A stretch of 64,000 nt of DNA, from assembly GCA_945877765.1 (NCBI GenBank), contig CAMDWQ010000005.1, positions 604 to 64,603 of the forward strand. The letters are read 5' to 3'. Positions 39,350 through 47,991 of this stretch are shown here, piece by piece. A program made the position numbers and the translations under genes. The notes beneath the pieces are model-generated. The model searched no databases. It saw only the letters and a program-made list of their open reading frames with translations, and was not told where the DNA came from. The stretch comes from Candidatus Omnitrophota bacterium (GTDB lineage: Bacteria > Omnitrophota > Gorgyraeia > 2-02-FULL-51-18). How positions within the stretch are numbered: the stretch's first letter is position 1; each line of letters opens with the position of its first letter.

Positions 39350-39511
39350 CGGCACGCGGTCAAAAAATTATTTCGGGACGCGTAGATGAGACGAGCGGCC
39401 ACGGTGTCCCGTCGTAGTAGACGGGACGAGCGAGTCCTCATCTCCGAGTTAATTTTGCCTCGGCGGGGCAAAATTAACGCCGGCCCGAAATGATTTTTTG
39501 ACCGCGTGCCG
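39350..39511. mobile_element. MITE-like element with 28-bp terminal inverted repeats
   Basis: cggcacgcggtcaaaaaattatttcggg and cccgaaatgattttttgaccgcgtgccg (27/28 match); two internal hairpins. Confidence 0.65.
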
Positions 39512-39517
39512 AGCACA

Positions 39518-40108
39518 TTAGAACTGAACTTTAGGCGCCTGCGCCGCACCCACATCCGATTTAAAATATTCTTTGGCCTTAAATCCAAACATTCCCCCAA
39601 TAATATTGGATGGGAAAGAGCGAATCCGCGTATTAAACATCTGCGCCGCCTCGTTAAAGCGTCCGCGCTCAACCGACACCCGATTCTCCGTCCCCTCCAG
39701 CTGGGCTTGAAGCGCGATAAAGTTCTGGTCAGCCTTGAGCGCTGGATAATTCTCCGACACCACCAAAAGACGGCTAAGTGCCGAACTCAAACCGCTCTGC
39801 GCCTGTTGAAACGCCTGAAACTTCTGCGGATCCGTCAGCATATCTGAGGAAATCGTCCCCCCGATCCGCGCTCTAGCATCCGTGATCCCCTGCAGTGTCG
39901 ATTTCTCGTGAGCCGCGTAGCCCTTGACCGTCTCCACGAGATTAGGAATCAAGTCCGCTCTTCGCTGATACACATTTTCAACCTGAGACCAGGCTTGGCT
40001 GACTTTTTCATCCAATGCGACCAGATTGTTAAACGCACCCGCCAGCGACATCCCCACCAACACAATCACACCCACTACAATCAAAAGCACTTTCAACCCT
40101 GTTTTCAT
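39518..40108 (-). CDS. lemA: LemA family protein
   Basis: YQRRADLIPNLV.TVKGY, YP.LKA, LEGTENR. Confidence 0.95.
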   Translation of the reverse strand: MKTGLKVLLIVVGVIVLVGMSLAGAFNNLVALDEKVSQAWSQVENVYQRRADLIPNLVETVKGYAAHEKSTLQGITDARARIGGTISSDMLTDPQKFQAFQQAQSGLSSALSRLLVVSENYPALKADQNFIALQAQLEGTENRVSVERGRFNEAAQMFNTRIRSFPSNIIGGMFGFKAKEYFKSDVGAAQAPKVQF

Positions 40109-40200
40109 TTTAAAACCCCCTTATAAAAAGATAGTCATTTAGTTTAAGCTCCCCTGAAGGCGAAGTCAACAGAGCCCGGGTCAGCTCTCCCCATTCACGG

Positions 40201-40566
40201 TTATTGTCTTTTGATAACACCCAGGATTAAAGAAACGAGTCCCGCGGCTAAAAAGCCTAGAGGGAAGAGCCAGATGCTGGTAAAACTGTTTAGCTTCACG
40301 GCGGGTGTTTTTGTTGAATGGTAGTAAACCGAAACACGATCGCCGACGCGGCGCAGCCGACTAACCGGCACCACAGCGCTTTGGGCTTGACCGGCCAATT
40401 CAAAAGATATCGTGGCCCTCGCACCCCTTCTAAGAATTTCTATATGCGTGATAGCCCCATCGATGGGCGTGGCACCCTTCAGATAATCAATCGTCTGAAA
40501 CAGACAATACCCGCCAACCGCAAAAAAAATCACCGCCAACATGACCGAAGTTATAATATTTTTCAT
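40201..40566 (-). CDS. DUF3592-like membrane protein
   Basis: TM-beta-TM layout with GDRVSVYY. Confidence 0.6.
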   Translation of the reverse strand: MKNIITSVMLAVIFFAVGGYCLFQTIDYLKGATPIDGAITHIEILRRGARATISFELAGQAQSAVVPVSRLRRVGDRVSVYYHSTKTPAVKLNSFTSIWLFPLGFLAAGLVSLILGVIKRQ

Positions 40567-41033
40567 AAATCCAAAGCCTTTCGCATGTTCACCGCTTCGT
40601 GGTAACCGCCTTTGTAGCGTTTGATCACCTGTCCTTTTTTGTTGGTCACAATAAAGGTGGGATAATTATTGATTGAGGCTGCTTTTTTGTATTTTGATTC
40701 CAAGTCCATCACGACGGGAAGCGGGTAGGTGCCGGCGTAGTCCAAAATTTTGGCCGGGGTGTCGGCGCCTACGACGATGGTGAACGGAATGCCGTCGGTT
40801 TCCATCTGGCTGTTTAAATCAACAATCATAGGGGTCAGTGATTTGCAAGCCCCGCACCAGGGCGCCAGGTAGACCGTCAAGCACTTTTCCGCGGAGCAAG
40901 GCCCGCCCACCAAGACCTTTTCTTCAGCGAAGGTGGAGGGGAATTTTTTTAAAGCCATTTCTGGAATTTTTTTGGGAGATAGAAAAAACCAAACCCCTGC
41001 GGCGACCAGCATCAGTACGATTATTTTTTTCAT
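40563..41033 (-). CDS. Thioredoxin-like (TlpA-type) protein
   Basis: APWCGAC, YPT. Confidence 0.8.
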   Translation of the reverse strand: MKKIIVLMLVAAGVWFFLSPKKIPEMALKKFPSTFAEEKVLVGGPCSAEKCLTVYLAPWCGACKSLTPMIVDLNSQMETDGIPFTIVVGADTPAKILDYAGTYPLPVVMDLESKYKKAASINNYPTFIVTNKKGQVIKRYKGGYHEAVNMRKALDL

Positions 41034-41039
41034 GAATGG

Positions 41040-41267
41040 TTAAAAATTTTGGTTAGTGAAGAACACAATAAAGGTGCCAAAGCCTGCGTTCATGAGGGCC
41101 GCTGTCCAGAATAAAACGGGGTTCTCTTCTCTGACAACGCTGACGAGGCGCGGGAAAATGCTAACCCCCGTGATCGGCGGTTTTATAAACAAAATGGTGC
41201 CCGTTAAAACGCCCCACGTGACCAACACGATATGACCCCAGCCCCATATTTGCAAAAATATTTCCAT
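41040..41267 (-). CDS. Small membrane hypothetical protein
   Basis: Two hydrophobic segments, GGAGG upstream. Confidence 0.5.
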   Translation of the reverse strand: MEIFLQIWGWGHIVLVTWGVLTGTILFIKPPITGVSIFPRLVSVVREENPVLFWTAALMNAGFGTFIVFFTNQNF

Positions 41268-41395
41268 GTCCCTTCCTCCAAGCCTAAGGTTCGGATAACC
41301 AATTGACTATACCCGACGCTCCAATTTAACACAACTCAAGAAGACATCATGGAAAGTGACAGCTCAAAAAACTTTATGCTATAATTCCTTTATCT

Positions 41396-42463
41396 ATGAC
41401 GCGAAACAATCTGATTTCGTATTTCTTTGCTGCTCTCCTGCTTTTCATTCTGTATAGCACGCTTTTAGTGCTTTCTCCGTTTACTCAACCTATTTTTTGG
41501 GCGGTGGTCATCGCGTTTGGATTTTATCCCCTGCACCAGCGCATCGTCGCCGTATTTAAAAAACGTCATGACTTGGCCGCATTTTTTAGCACCCTCCTTA
41601 TTTTTTTAATCGTCGCACCGATCCTGATTGCTCTTGTCGGCGCCTTGGTTCGGGAAGTCATCAGCGCTTATCAATGGGGCGTGGATGCGGTTAAAAGCGG
41701 TGAGATTGAAAATTGGGCCAACCGGATCCACCTTATCCCTTGGGTCCAACAAATTGAAAACTCCGAAATCTTTCAGACGCAGTGGATTCACGAGGGGCTA
41801 AAAAAACTTCTCATTAATTATACTGATTTTTTTGGCGCCTTTGCTCTTAAATCGGCAACCCTGGCCACTAAAAATATATTTGTCCTGGTAATTAACTTTT
41901 TCATCATGATATTTCTTATTTTCTTTTTTTTGAGGGACGGCATTGGGATCTACCGCTTTATCTATCAAATCACCCCCCTTACCGAAAAAACAAAGAAGCT
42001 TGTTTTCAAACAACTGGAAGACACCTTCTCCGCAGTCATCCGCGGACAGCTCGTGACGGCTTTAGTCCAAGCCATTGCGGCGGGAATTATTTATTGGCTC
42101 TTGGGTGTTCCCCTTCCGCTTTTCTTTGCCGGCGTGACGTTTATTGCCTCCCTGATACCGGTGGTTGGTGCCGCCGTGGTTTGGGTTCCTTTGGTCATTT
42201 ACCTTTTCTTTAAGCAACTGTATCCCAATGCACTCATTTTATTTTTGATGGGAGTCTTTGTGATCAGTTTATTGGACAATCTTTTGAAGCCCATCCTGAT
42301 CGGAAAGAAAACAAAACTGCCCTACCTGCTTTTATTTCTGGGTATTTTGGGAGGCTTGCAAGTGTATGGCCTGATGGGCATCTTCCTGGCGCCGGTTGTC
42401 CTGTCCTTATTCTTCGTATTGATCAAAATCTATCAGGAAGAAATTCTCGACGAAAGAAATTAA
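41396..42463 (+). CDS. AI-2E family transporter
   Basis: Multi-TM; FFFLRDG, DNLLKP, G..G.FLAPV. Confidence 0.9.
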   Translation: MTRNNLISYFFAALLLFILYSTLLVLSPFTQPIFWAVVIAFGFYPLHQRIVAVFKKRHDLAAFFSTLLIFLIVAPILIALVGALVREVISAYQWGVDAVKSGEIENWANRIHLIPWVQQIENSEIFQTQWIHEGLKKLLINYTDFFGAFALKSATLATKNIFVLVINFFIMIFLIFFFLRDGIGIYRFIYQITPLTEKTKKLVFKQLEDTFSAVIRGQLVTALVQAIAAGIIYWLLGVPLPLFFAGVTFIASLIPVVGAAVVWVPLVIYLFFKQLYPNALILFLMGVFVISLLDNLLKPILIGKKTKLPYLLLFLGILGGLQVYGLMGIFLAPVVLSLFFVLIKIYQEEILDERN

Positions 42464-43380
42464 GACTCTAGCTGGATGAAGGATATCATTCGCCCGGCTT
42501 GTTCTTTTTCCTGGCGGAAGGAGTAAAAATATTTCTTTTTAGAAACCGTGCAAAGTGCCGTATCTAAAAAATTTTCAGATGGCACTCCGACGAGCATTAT
42601 TTGCTCCCGGTTCTCTCTTACTAAATCAAAAGTATATTTCTTCCCGCGTTGACGCAAGGCCGGACCTGAAAAAAAATTCTTAAATTCCGCGCCGACCTGA
42701 TAGTGCTTGGCGCAAATCGACGGTCCAAAAATAATGTAAATTTCGGATGGCTTGCATTTTGATTTTTCCAAAAGAAGATCGACGGCATTTCGTGAAATTT
42801 TCTGCTGGGTCCCGCGCCAGCCGGCATGCACGATCCCCACCCAGCCAGGCGCGTAGAAAAAAATCGGCAGGCAATCCGCAGTCATCACCAAAAGGGTAAG
42901 CCCCGCGATATCCGTGATCATCCCATCGGTATTTTCCAATCGGTGAAAACCCGCAAACCTCTGCCCCGACTTCTGCTCAAGTACAGCCACCCCGGACCCG
43001 TGAACCTGCTTTGAGTAGACAAACCGCCCTGGAAATTTTATTTTTTTTGAAATAGTCACAGCGCTTGCCGAGAGAGCCTTTTGTAGTTTAATTTGATTTT
43101 CCTCGATCCCCAAATCCTCTGATTTTTTTATCAATAACGGAAAAAACTTTGTGGTGATTCCAAGGGTCGCTTTTTGTTTTTTCCATTCGGGAAAATAAAT
43201 GAAATCTCTTTTAAAAATAATATACTTCCATTTGTGTTTCAAGCTAAAAGCCAAAGACGGCACAGCCAGCGTTAGGCCGAGAAAAATAAGTGGCAGTCCT
43301 GGGATGATTGGCAGAATCCAGCCGATAAGCCCTATCAAAATTAAAAAAACTCCAACAATAAAAAGAAATATTTTTTTCAT
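42460..43380 (-). CDS. YfiH/PgeF-family protein with N-terminal membrane hairpin
   Basis: QVHG, TADCLP, HAGWRG, GPSIC, FYSFR; N-terminal GLIGWILPIIPG. Confidence 0.85.
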   Translation of the reverse strand: MKKIFLFIVGVFLILIGLIGWILPIIPGLPLIFLGLTLAVPSLAFSLKHKWKYIIFKRDFIYFPEWKKQKATLGITTKFFPLLIKKSEDLGIEENQIKLQKALSASAVTISKKIKFPGRFVYSKQVHGSGVAVLEQKSGQRFAGFHRLENTDGMITDIAGLTLLVMTADCLPIFFYAPGWVGIVHAGWRGTQQKISRNAVDLLLEKSKCKPSEIYIIFGPSICAKHYQVGAEFKNFFSGPALRQRGKKYTFDLVRENREQIMLVGVPSENFLDTALCTVSKKKYFYSFRQEKEQAGRMISFIQLES

Positions 43381-43382
43381 CG

Positions 43383-44018
43383 CTAGTTTTTTTCGACTTG
43401 AGCAAATGGAAGGTCGAGTACAGGAAAATCTTTTGCATTTTTAAAATCAAAATGCCACCATTCAGTGGTGATGCCGCCAAAACCTTCAGCCTCCATTGCT
43501 TCCTGAAGAATCTGCCGGTTGTTTCTCTCTTCTTGGGTGCCGCCCGTATAATTCCGGTGGGCACGCTCGGAAAATTCATCGTAGCCTGACGGCATCGACA
43601 GCTCTTTTCCTTGAGTATCCACCAGTGTTAAGTCCACGGCCATGCCGCGGTTGTGATTAGACCCTTTGGCGGGGTTGGCCACATAGCCCTCTACCGGATA
43701 TTTGGCCCACATTTTTTTCTGAACCGAAAGCGGCCGGTAGCCATCGTAAATTTTAAGGCCAAGCCCGCGTTTCTGGAGAGCTTCCTGGACTTTCAATAGA
43801 GCCTCCGCCGCTTCCCTACGCAGAAGAATACGAGCGTCTTGAGGATAAAGAATTTCGCCGACAAAATTATCCTTGGTTTTGTACCGGATATCGACAAGCA
43901 CTTTGGGATTCTGATTCTGGATGTCTATCAATTGCGGCTCTTGCGCACAGCTCGGGGAAGTAGCAAACAAGCAGGCGGCGATAAGGAGGGCTCGTCGAAA
44001 TCTCTTGTATCGCCGCAT
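43383..44018 (-). CDS. D-Ala-D-Ala dipeptidase (VanX/M15D)
   Basis: DGYRP, SNHNRGMAVD, EWWHF. Confidence 0.92.
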   Translation of the reverse strand: MRRYKRFRRALLIAACLFATSPSCAQEPQLIDIQNQNPKVLVDIRYKTKDNFVGEILYPQDARILLRREAAEALLKVQEALQKRGLGLKIYDGYRPLSVQKKMWAKYPVEGYVANPAKGSNHNRGMAVDLTLVDTQGKELSMPSGYDEFSERAHRNYTGGTQEERNNRQILQEAMEAEGFGGITTEWWHFDFKNAKDFPVLDLPFAQVEKN

Positions 44019-44027
44019 GCTGTCTGT

Positions 44028-44348
44028 TTACTTGCCTTTGGAGGCGGCCTTTCGGACTTTGTATTGCTCATCCTGGGATTTGAAAAATGGCACTGGGTTT
44101 AAATTCTCTGCCCAAGTGCTTGTCGGGCGCATAGATGAAAAACCCGAACGCTCGGCTTCTCTGGCCCAAAATCCGGGCGCCGCGTTTTTAGCTTCAGTTG
44201 CTTGCGCCTTGCGGCCCTCTCGCTGTGCCTTTTTGATCGCCGTCATTTCCTGGCGGTGAGCCTCACGCGCTGCGTCGGGACCTTGGGCCGCCAACGCCTG
44301 CGAACACACAATCGATAAAAATAAAGTAAATATAATCTGCTTTTTCAT
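44028..44348 (-). CDS. Exported hypothetical protein
   Basis: Signal peptide, GGAG RBS. Confidence 0.6.
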   Translation of the reverse strand: MKKQIIFTLFLSIVCSQALAAQGPDAAREAHRQEMTAIKKAQREGRKAQATEAKNAAPGFWAREAERSGFSSMRPTSTWAENLNPVPFFKSQDEQYKVRKAASKGK

Positions 44349-44366
44349 TCGATCTCCTTTTATATT

Positions 44367-44684
44367 TTAGGACGAGAAAAACTCCCGAGCCTTTTGCTTA
44401 CCGGTAATATCCTTATAATCCTCGTAATCAATAAACGTAAGGTCTGGCCGCCGCTCCTTGATACGCTTCACCGTCCCGCCGCGATTGGCATCCAGGCGCC
44501 CGGTGTTGCGAGAGGTAATAAATCGAAATTTCACGCCACACTGGGGACAGACAGGCGTATTTTGATAATCAATGCCCAACTCTCTGCAGGCCGTACAATC
44601 CGCTGTCACATCGCCTACAATCAAGAGACATTTAGAAATTTCCGTAATATCGCAAGCCTGCCACACGCGTAGGTAAAAACTCAT
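44367..44684 (-). CDS. Hypothetical zinc-ribbon protein
   Basis: CTAC and CPQC pairs. Confidence 0.6.
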   Translation of the reverse strand: MSFYLRVWQACDITEISKCLLIVGDVTADCTACRELGIDYQNTPVCPQCGVKFRFITSRNTGRLDANRGGTVKRIKERRPDLTFIDYEDYKDITGKQKAREFFSS

Positions 44685-44751
44685 CGTTCTATCATCCCCG
44701 TCTCACCCCACAGTGTCATCCCTGAATCACTCCCCACATCATCCCCACAGT

Positions 44752-44821
44752 GTCATCCCCGAGATTATTTATCGGGGATCATGCATAGGTTTGATTCCCG
44801 ATTAAAGCCTTCGGGAATGAC
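44752..44821. repeat. Family B REP doublet
   Basis: gtcatccccg...cggggatc / gattcccg...cgggaatgac. Confidence 0.85.
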
Positions 44822-44845
44822 ATTATACGACCTTAAACGATGACC

Positions 44846-45463
44846 TTAAAACAAACTTGTCGGAAACGCGTTTTCCGCTTTTTTATGGGACTGGATCTCA
44901 TTCACCGCGTTGGACCAATTAATCGCCACTTCGTATTTCTGATAATCGCGGTTGGAAACAAAATAAATTTTCCCGTGCTTAAGGCCATATTCATAAAGGT
45001 CCTTGGTGATGCGCACGTCATCGATGCAGTATTTTTTAAGCTCGTCCATGCGGCCTTCGTTAAAATATTTGATCGCGTCCAGGCCACTGCCCGATTTGGA
45101 TTCGCCCAGCGTCGCCTGAGCCACACTCTGCAAGCTGATGCGGTGGCCACGCACCTTTTCAAATTCTTCCAAGAGGTCCAGGACAGGGAAATTTTTAATC
45201 GGTGTAATTAAATACGGCGCCAAGACCTCCATATCGAAGCTGCGAACATTAAACCCAATGACCAAATCCGCTTTTTTTAAATAGTCCTCAAATTTGAGCA
45301 TTTCTTTTTCTTCGAATGCCAGATACTTGTCTGTTTTGGAATCGTAAAGACAGGCGACGGACACTTTTAGAAGATGAAGCTTCTTGCGGTCCACTTCATT
45401 AAACCCTTTTTGGGTTTCAACGTCCACCACCACATAATGTAGCCCGGAGGAATTAGAGATCAT
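44846..45463 (-). CDS. RNase H-like (DEDD, YprB-type) domain protein
   Basis: VDVETQ, GFN...FD, KYC..DV. Confidence 0.8.
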   Translation of the reverse strand: MISNSSGLHYVVVDVETQKGFNEVDRKKLHLLKVSVACLYDSKTDKYLAFEEKEMLKFEDYLKKADLVIGFNVRSFDMEVLAPYLITPIKNFPVLDLLEEFEKVRGHRISLQSVAQATLGESKSGSGLDAIKYFNEGRMDELKKYCIDDVRITKDLYEYGLKHGKIYFVSNRDYQKYEVAINWSNAVNEIQSHKKAENAFPTSLF

Positions 45464-47138
45464 GGGTTGTGACAGCACCCAAGGCTGCAGAAGACACAAG
45501 CCTGGAATACTTGGCAAGCACACCTGTACGAATTTTGGGAAAATAGGGTTTCAGTTTTTTTAAACGCGCTTTGATTTCCTTGTCGGAGAGCTCCACGCGA
45601 ATCGAAAGTTTTTTGGCGTCAATCTCAATCATGTCACCGTTTTGGAGAGCGGCTAACGGACCCCGTACCGCAGCTTCAGGCGCCACATGCCCCACCACAA
45701 AACCATGCGTGCCGCCCGAGAATCGTCCGTCCGTGATTAGAGCCACCGAATCGCCGAGTCCGGCACCAATAATGGCACTAGTGACTGCCAACATTTCACG
45801 CATTCCGGGACCGCCCTTGGGACCTTCGTAACGCACCACGATGACATCATTGGGTTTAATTTTTTTCGATAAAATGGCTTTCAAAGTTTCTTCTTCCGAA
45901 TTGTAGACGCGCGCGGGGCCGCGGTGCTTAAAAATTTTAAGTCCGCCGATTTTAGCCACAGCGCCTTCCGGTGCTAAATTTCCACGAATCACCACCAGGG
46001 GACCCGTCGGATAAAGTGGGTTTGAAAGCGGTCGAACGATATCATGGTCGGACACCGGCTTCACATCCCTTAGATTCTCGGCGACCGTTTTTCCGGTGAC
46101 TGTCATCGCATCCCCATGGATCAATTTGGCATCCAACAGCATTTTCATGACACCCGGAATACCGCCAACCTTATTCAAATCGCTCATCACGTACTTGCCG
46201 CTGGGTTTTAGATTGGCCAAATGCGGCACCCTTTTCGAAATCCGGTTAAAATCATCCAAAACAAGCTTCACGCGCGCCTCATTGGCAATCGCCATTAAGT
46301 GAAGCACCGCATTGGTCGACCCGCCAAGCGCCATCACCACCGTGATCGCATTTTCAAATGCCTTTTTGGTCAAAATATCCCGAGGAAGAATCTTGTTTTT
46401 AATCAGTTCAATGACGGCTTTACCCGCTTGGTGAGTATCCTGACGCTTCTGGTCACTCTCCGCATCCGCCGACGAACTAAACGGCAAGCTCATTCCCATC
46501 GCCTCAATCGCAGAAGCCATGGTGTTAGCCGTGTACATCCCGCCGCAAGACCCCGCTCCCGGACAGGCATTGCATTCCACGCCTTTAAATTGCTCTTTGG
46601 TAATTTTCCCAGCGCTGTAGGAGCCAACCGCCTCAAAAATACTGACAATATCAATATCCTTGCCTTCAAATTTACCCGGCTTGATCGTGCCGCCATACAC
46701 AAACACACTAGGAATATTCATCCGCGCAATCGCCATGAGAGCGCCCGGCATATTTTTATCACAGCCGCCAATCGCGACCAATCCATCAAAACGCTGCGCG
46801 CACGACACCACTTCGATGGAGTCCGCGATGACTTCGCGGCTAACCAAAGAATATTTCATCCCTTGAGTCCCCATCGAAATCCCGTCCGAAACCGTAATCG
46901 TGCCAAACGTCAGCGGCACCCCATTGCCCGCACGGACTCCCTCATCCGCCTTCCGTGCCAACTGGTCAATATGCATGTTGCAAGGCGTAAGATTACTCCA
47001 GGCGCTGGCGATACCAACAATCGCTTTCTGGAAATCAGCATCCTTAAATCCAACCGCCCGAAGCATCGCCCGATTCGGCGCGCGATAGTCTCCACCTGTG
47101 ATTTCGGAACTTCTTTGGTTTAAATGGTTTGTGGACAT
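45453..47138 (-). CDS. ilvD: Dihydroxy-acid dehydratase
   Basis: [33 protein letters not shown]. Confidence 0.97.
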   Translation of the reverse strand: MSTNHLNQRSSEITGGDYRAPNRAMLRAVGFKDADFQKAIVGIASAWSNLTPCNMHIDQLARKADEGVRAGNGVPLTFGTITVSDGISMGTQGMKYSLVSREVIADSIEVVSCAQRFDGLVAIGGCDKNMPGALMAIARMNIPSVFVYGGTIKPGKFEGKDIDIVSIFEAVGSYSAGKITKEQFKGVECNACPGAGSCGGMYTANTMASAIEAMGMSLPFSSSADAESDQKRQDTHQAGKAVIELIKNKILPRDILTKKAFENAITVVMALGGSTNAVLHLMAIANEARVKLVLDDFNRISKRVPHLANLKPSGKYVMSDLNKVGGIPGVMKMLLDAKLIHGDAMTVTGKTVAENLRDVKPVSDHDIVRPLSNPLYPTGPLVVIRGNLAPEGAVAKIGGLKIFKHRGPARVYNSEEETLKAILSKKIKPNDVIVVRYEGPKGGPGMREMLAVTSAIIGAGLGDSVALITDGRFSGGTHGFVVGHVAPEAAVRGPLAALQNGDMIEIDAKKLSIRVELSDKEIKARLKKLKPYFPKIRTGVLAKYSRLVSSAALGAVTTHDL

Positions 47139-47208
47139 AGGGAGAATTATATCACGCCGAAAAAATTCTTCAATGAAAAGAGAAAAAGACGTTTAGGCCG
47201 AAGAAATT

Positions 47209-47328
47209 GGGGTCAGAGGGGTCAGACCCCCATGGCACCACCGCCCAGAATATACTCATATAAAATCATAACCAATTGAAATATATAAAGTTGTGTCGGT
47301 GCCATAGGGGTCTGACCCCTATGGCACC
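47209..47328. repeat. Family A REPs upstream of RAYT
   Basis: ggggtcagaggggtcagaccccc (from 47209) and ggtgccataggggtctgacccctatggcacc (47298-47328). Confidence 0.85.
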
Positions 47329-47418
47329 TTTTTTAAAATAAAAGTGACGAAAACAAGGGGGTGCGTCGTCAAGTAGGGTGAGAGTCATTTAAAATTGAAC
47401 TTAAATTAGGGGGATATC

Positions 47419-47991
47419 ATGCCTAGGCCATCAAGAATGATTTACGAGGAAGCGTTTTATCATGTATTTAACCGTGGAGTTAATAAAATGCCTATATTTT
47501 TTGATGAATTAGATAATAAAATATTTATAAAAATATTGCGTCATGAAGCATTGGAAATGAATGTTCGTGTGTTTGCTTATTGTCTAATGCCGAACCATTA
47601 TCATTTATTCATCCAAACTAAAAATGCTAATTTGAATATATTCATGCAAAAATTGGCAGGTCGCTATGTCCAGTTAGTTAATTTCCGGCATAGCCGGGTT
47701 GGCGCATTGTTTCAAGGTAGATATCAAAATCGTCTGGTGGATATCGACTCGTACGCACTGAGGTTAACTAGGTATATTCATCTGAATCCGGTGATCGCTG
47801 GTTACGCCAAAAGGCCGCAGGACTATCCATGGTCCAGTTACAACAGTTATCGAGACAACCAAAATTCTTGGATATCGACTGACTTACCGCTAGAGCTTTT
47901 AGGTGGAAAAAATAAAGCTTCGTTTAGGCAATTTGAGAAGTTCCATGAAACGGTGCCAGAGGGGTCTGACCCCTATGGTACCGTGGTTTAG
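47419..47991 (+). mobile_element. REP-associated tyrosine transposase (RAYT, Y1 HUH)
   Basis: YHVFNRG, YCLMPNHYHL (HUH), LFQGRY, YIHLNPV, YPWSSY; REPs on both sides. Confidence 0.92.
47950..47984. repeat. Family A REP within the RAYT 3' end
   Basis: acggtgccagaggggtctgacccctatggtaccgt. Confidence 0.85.
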
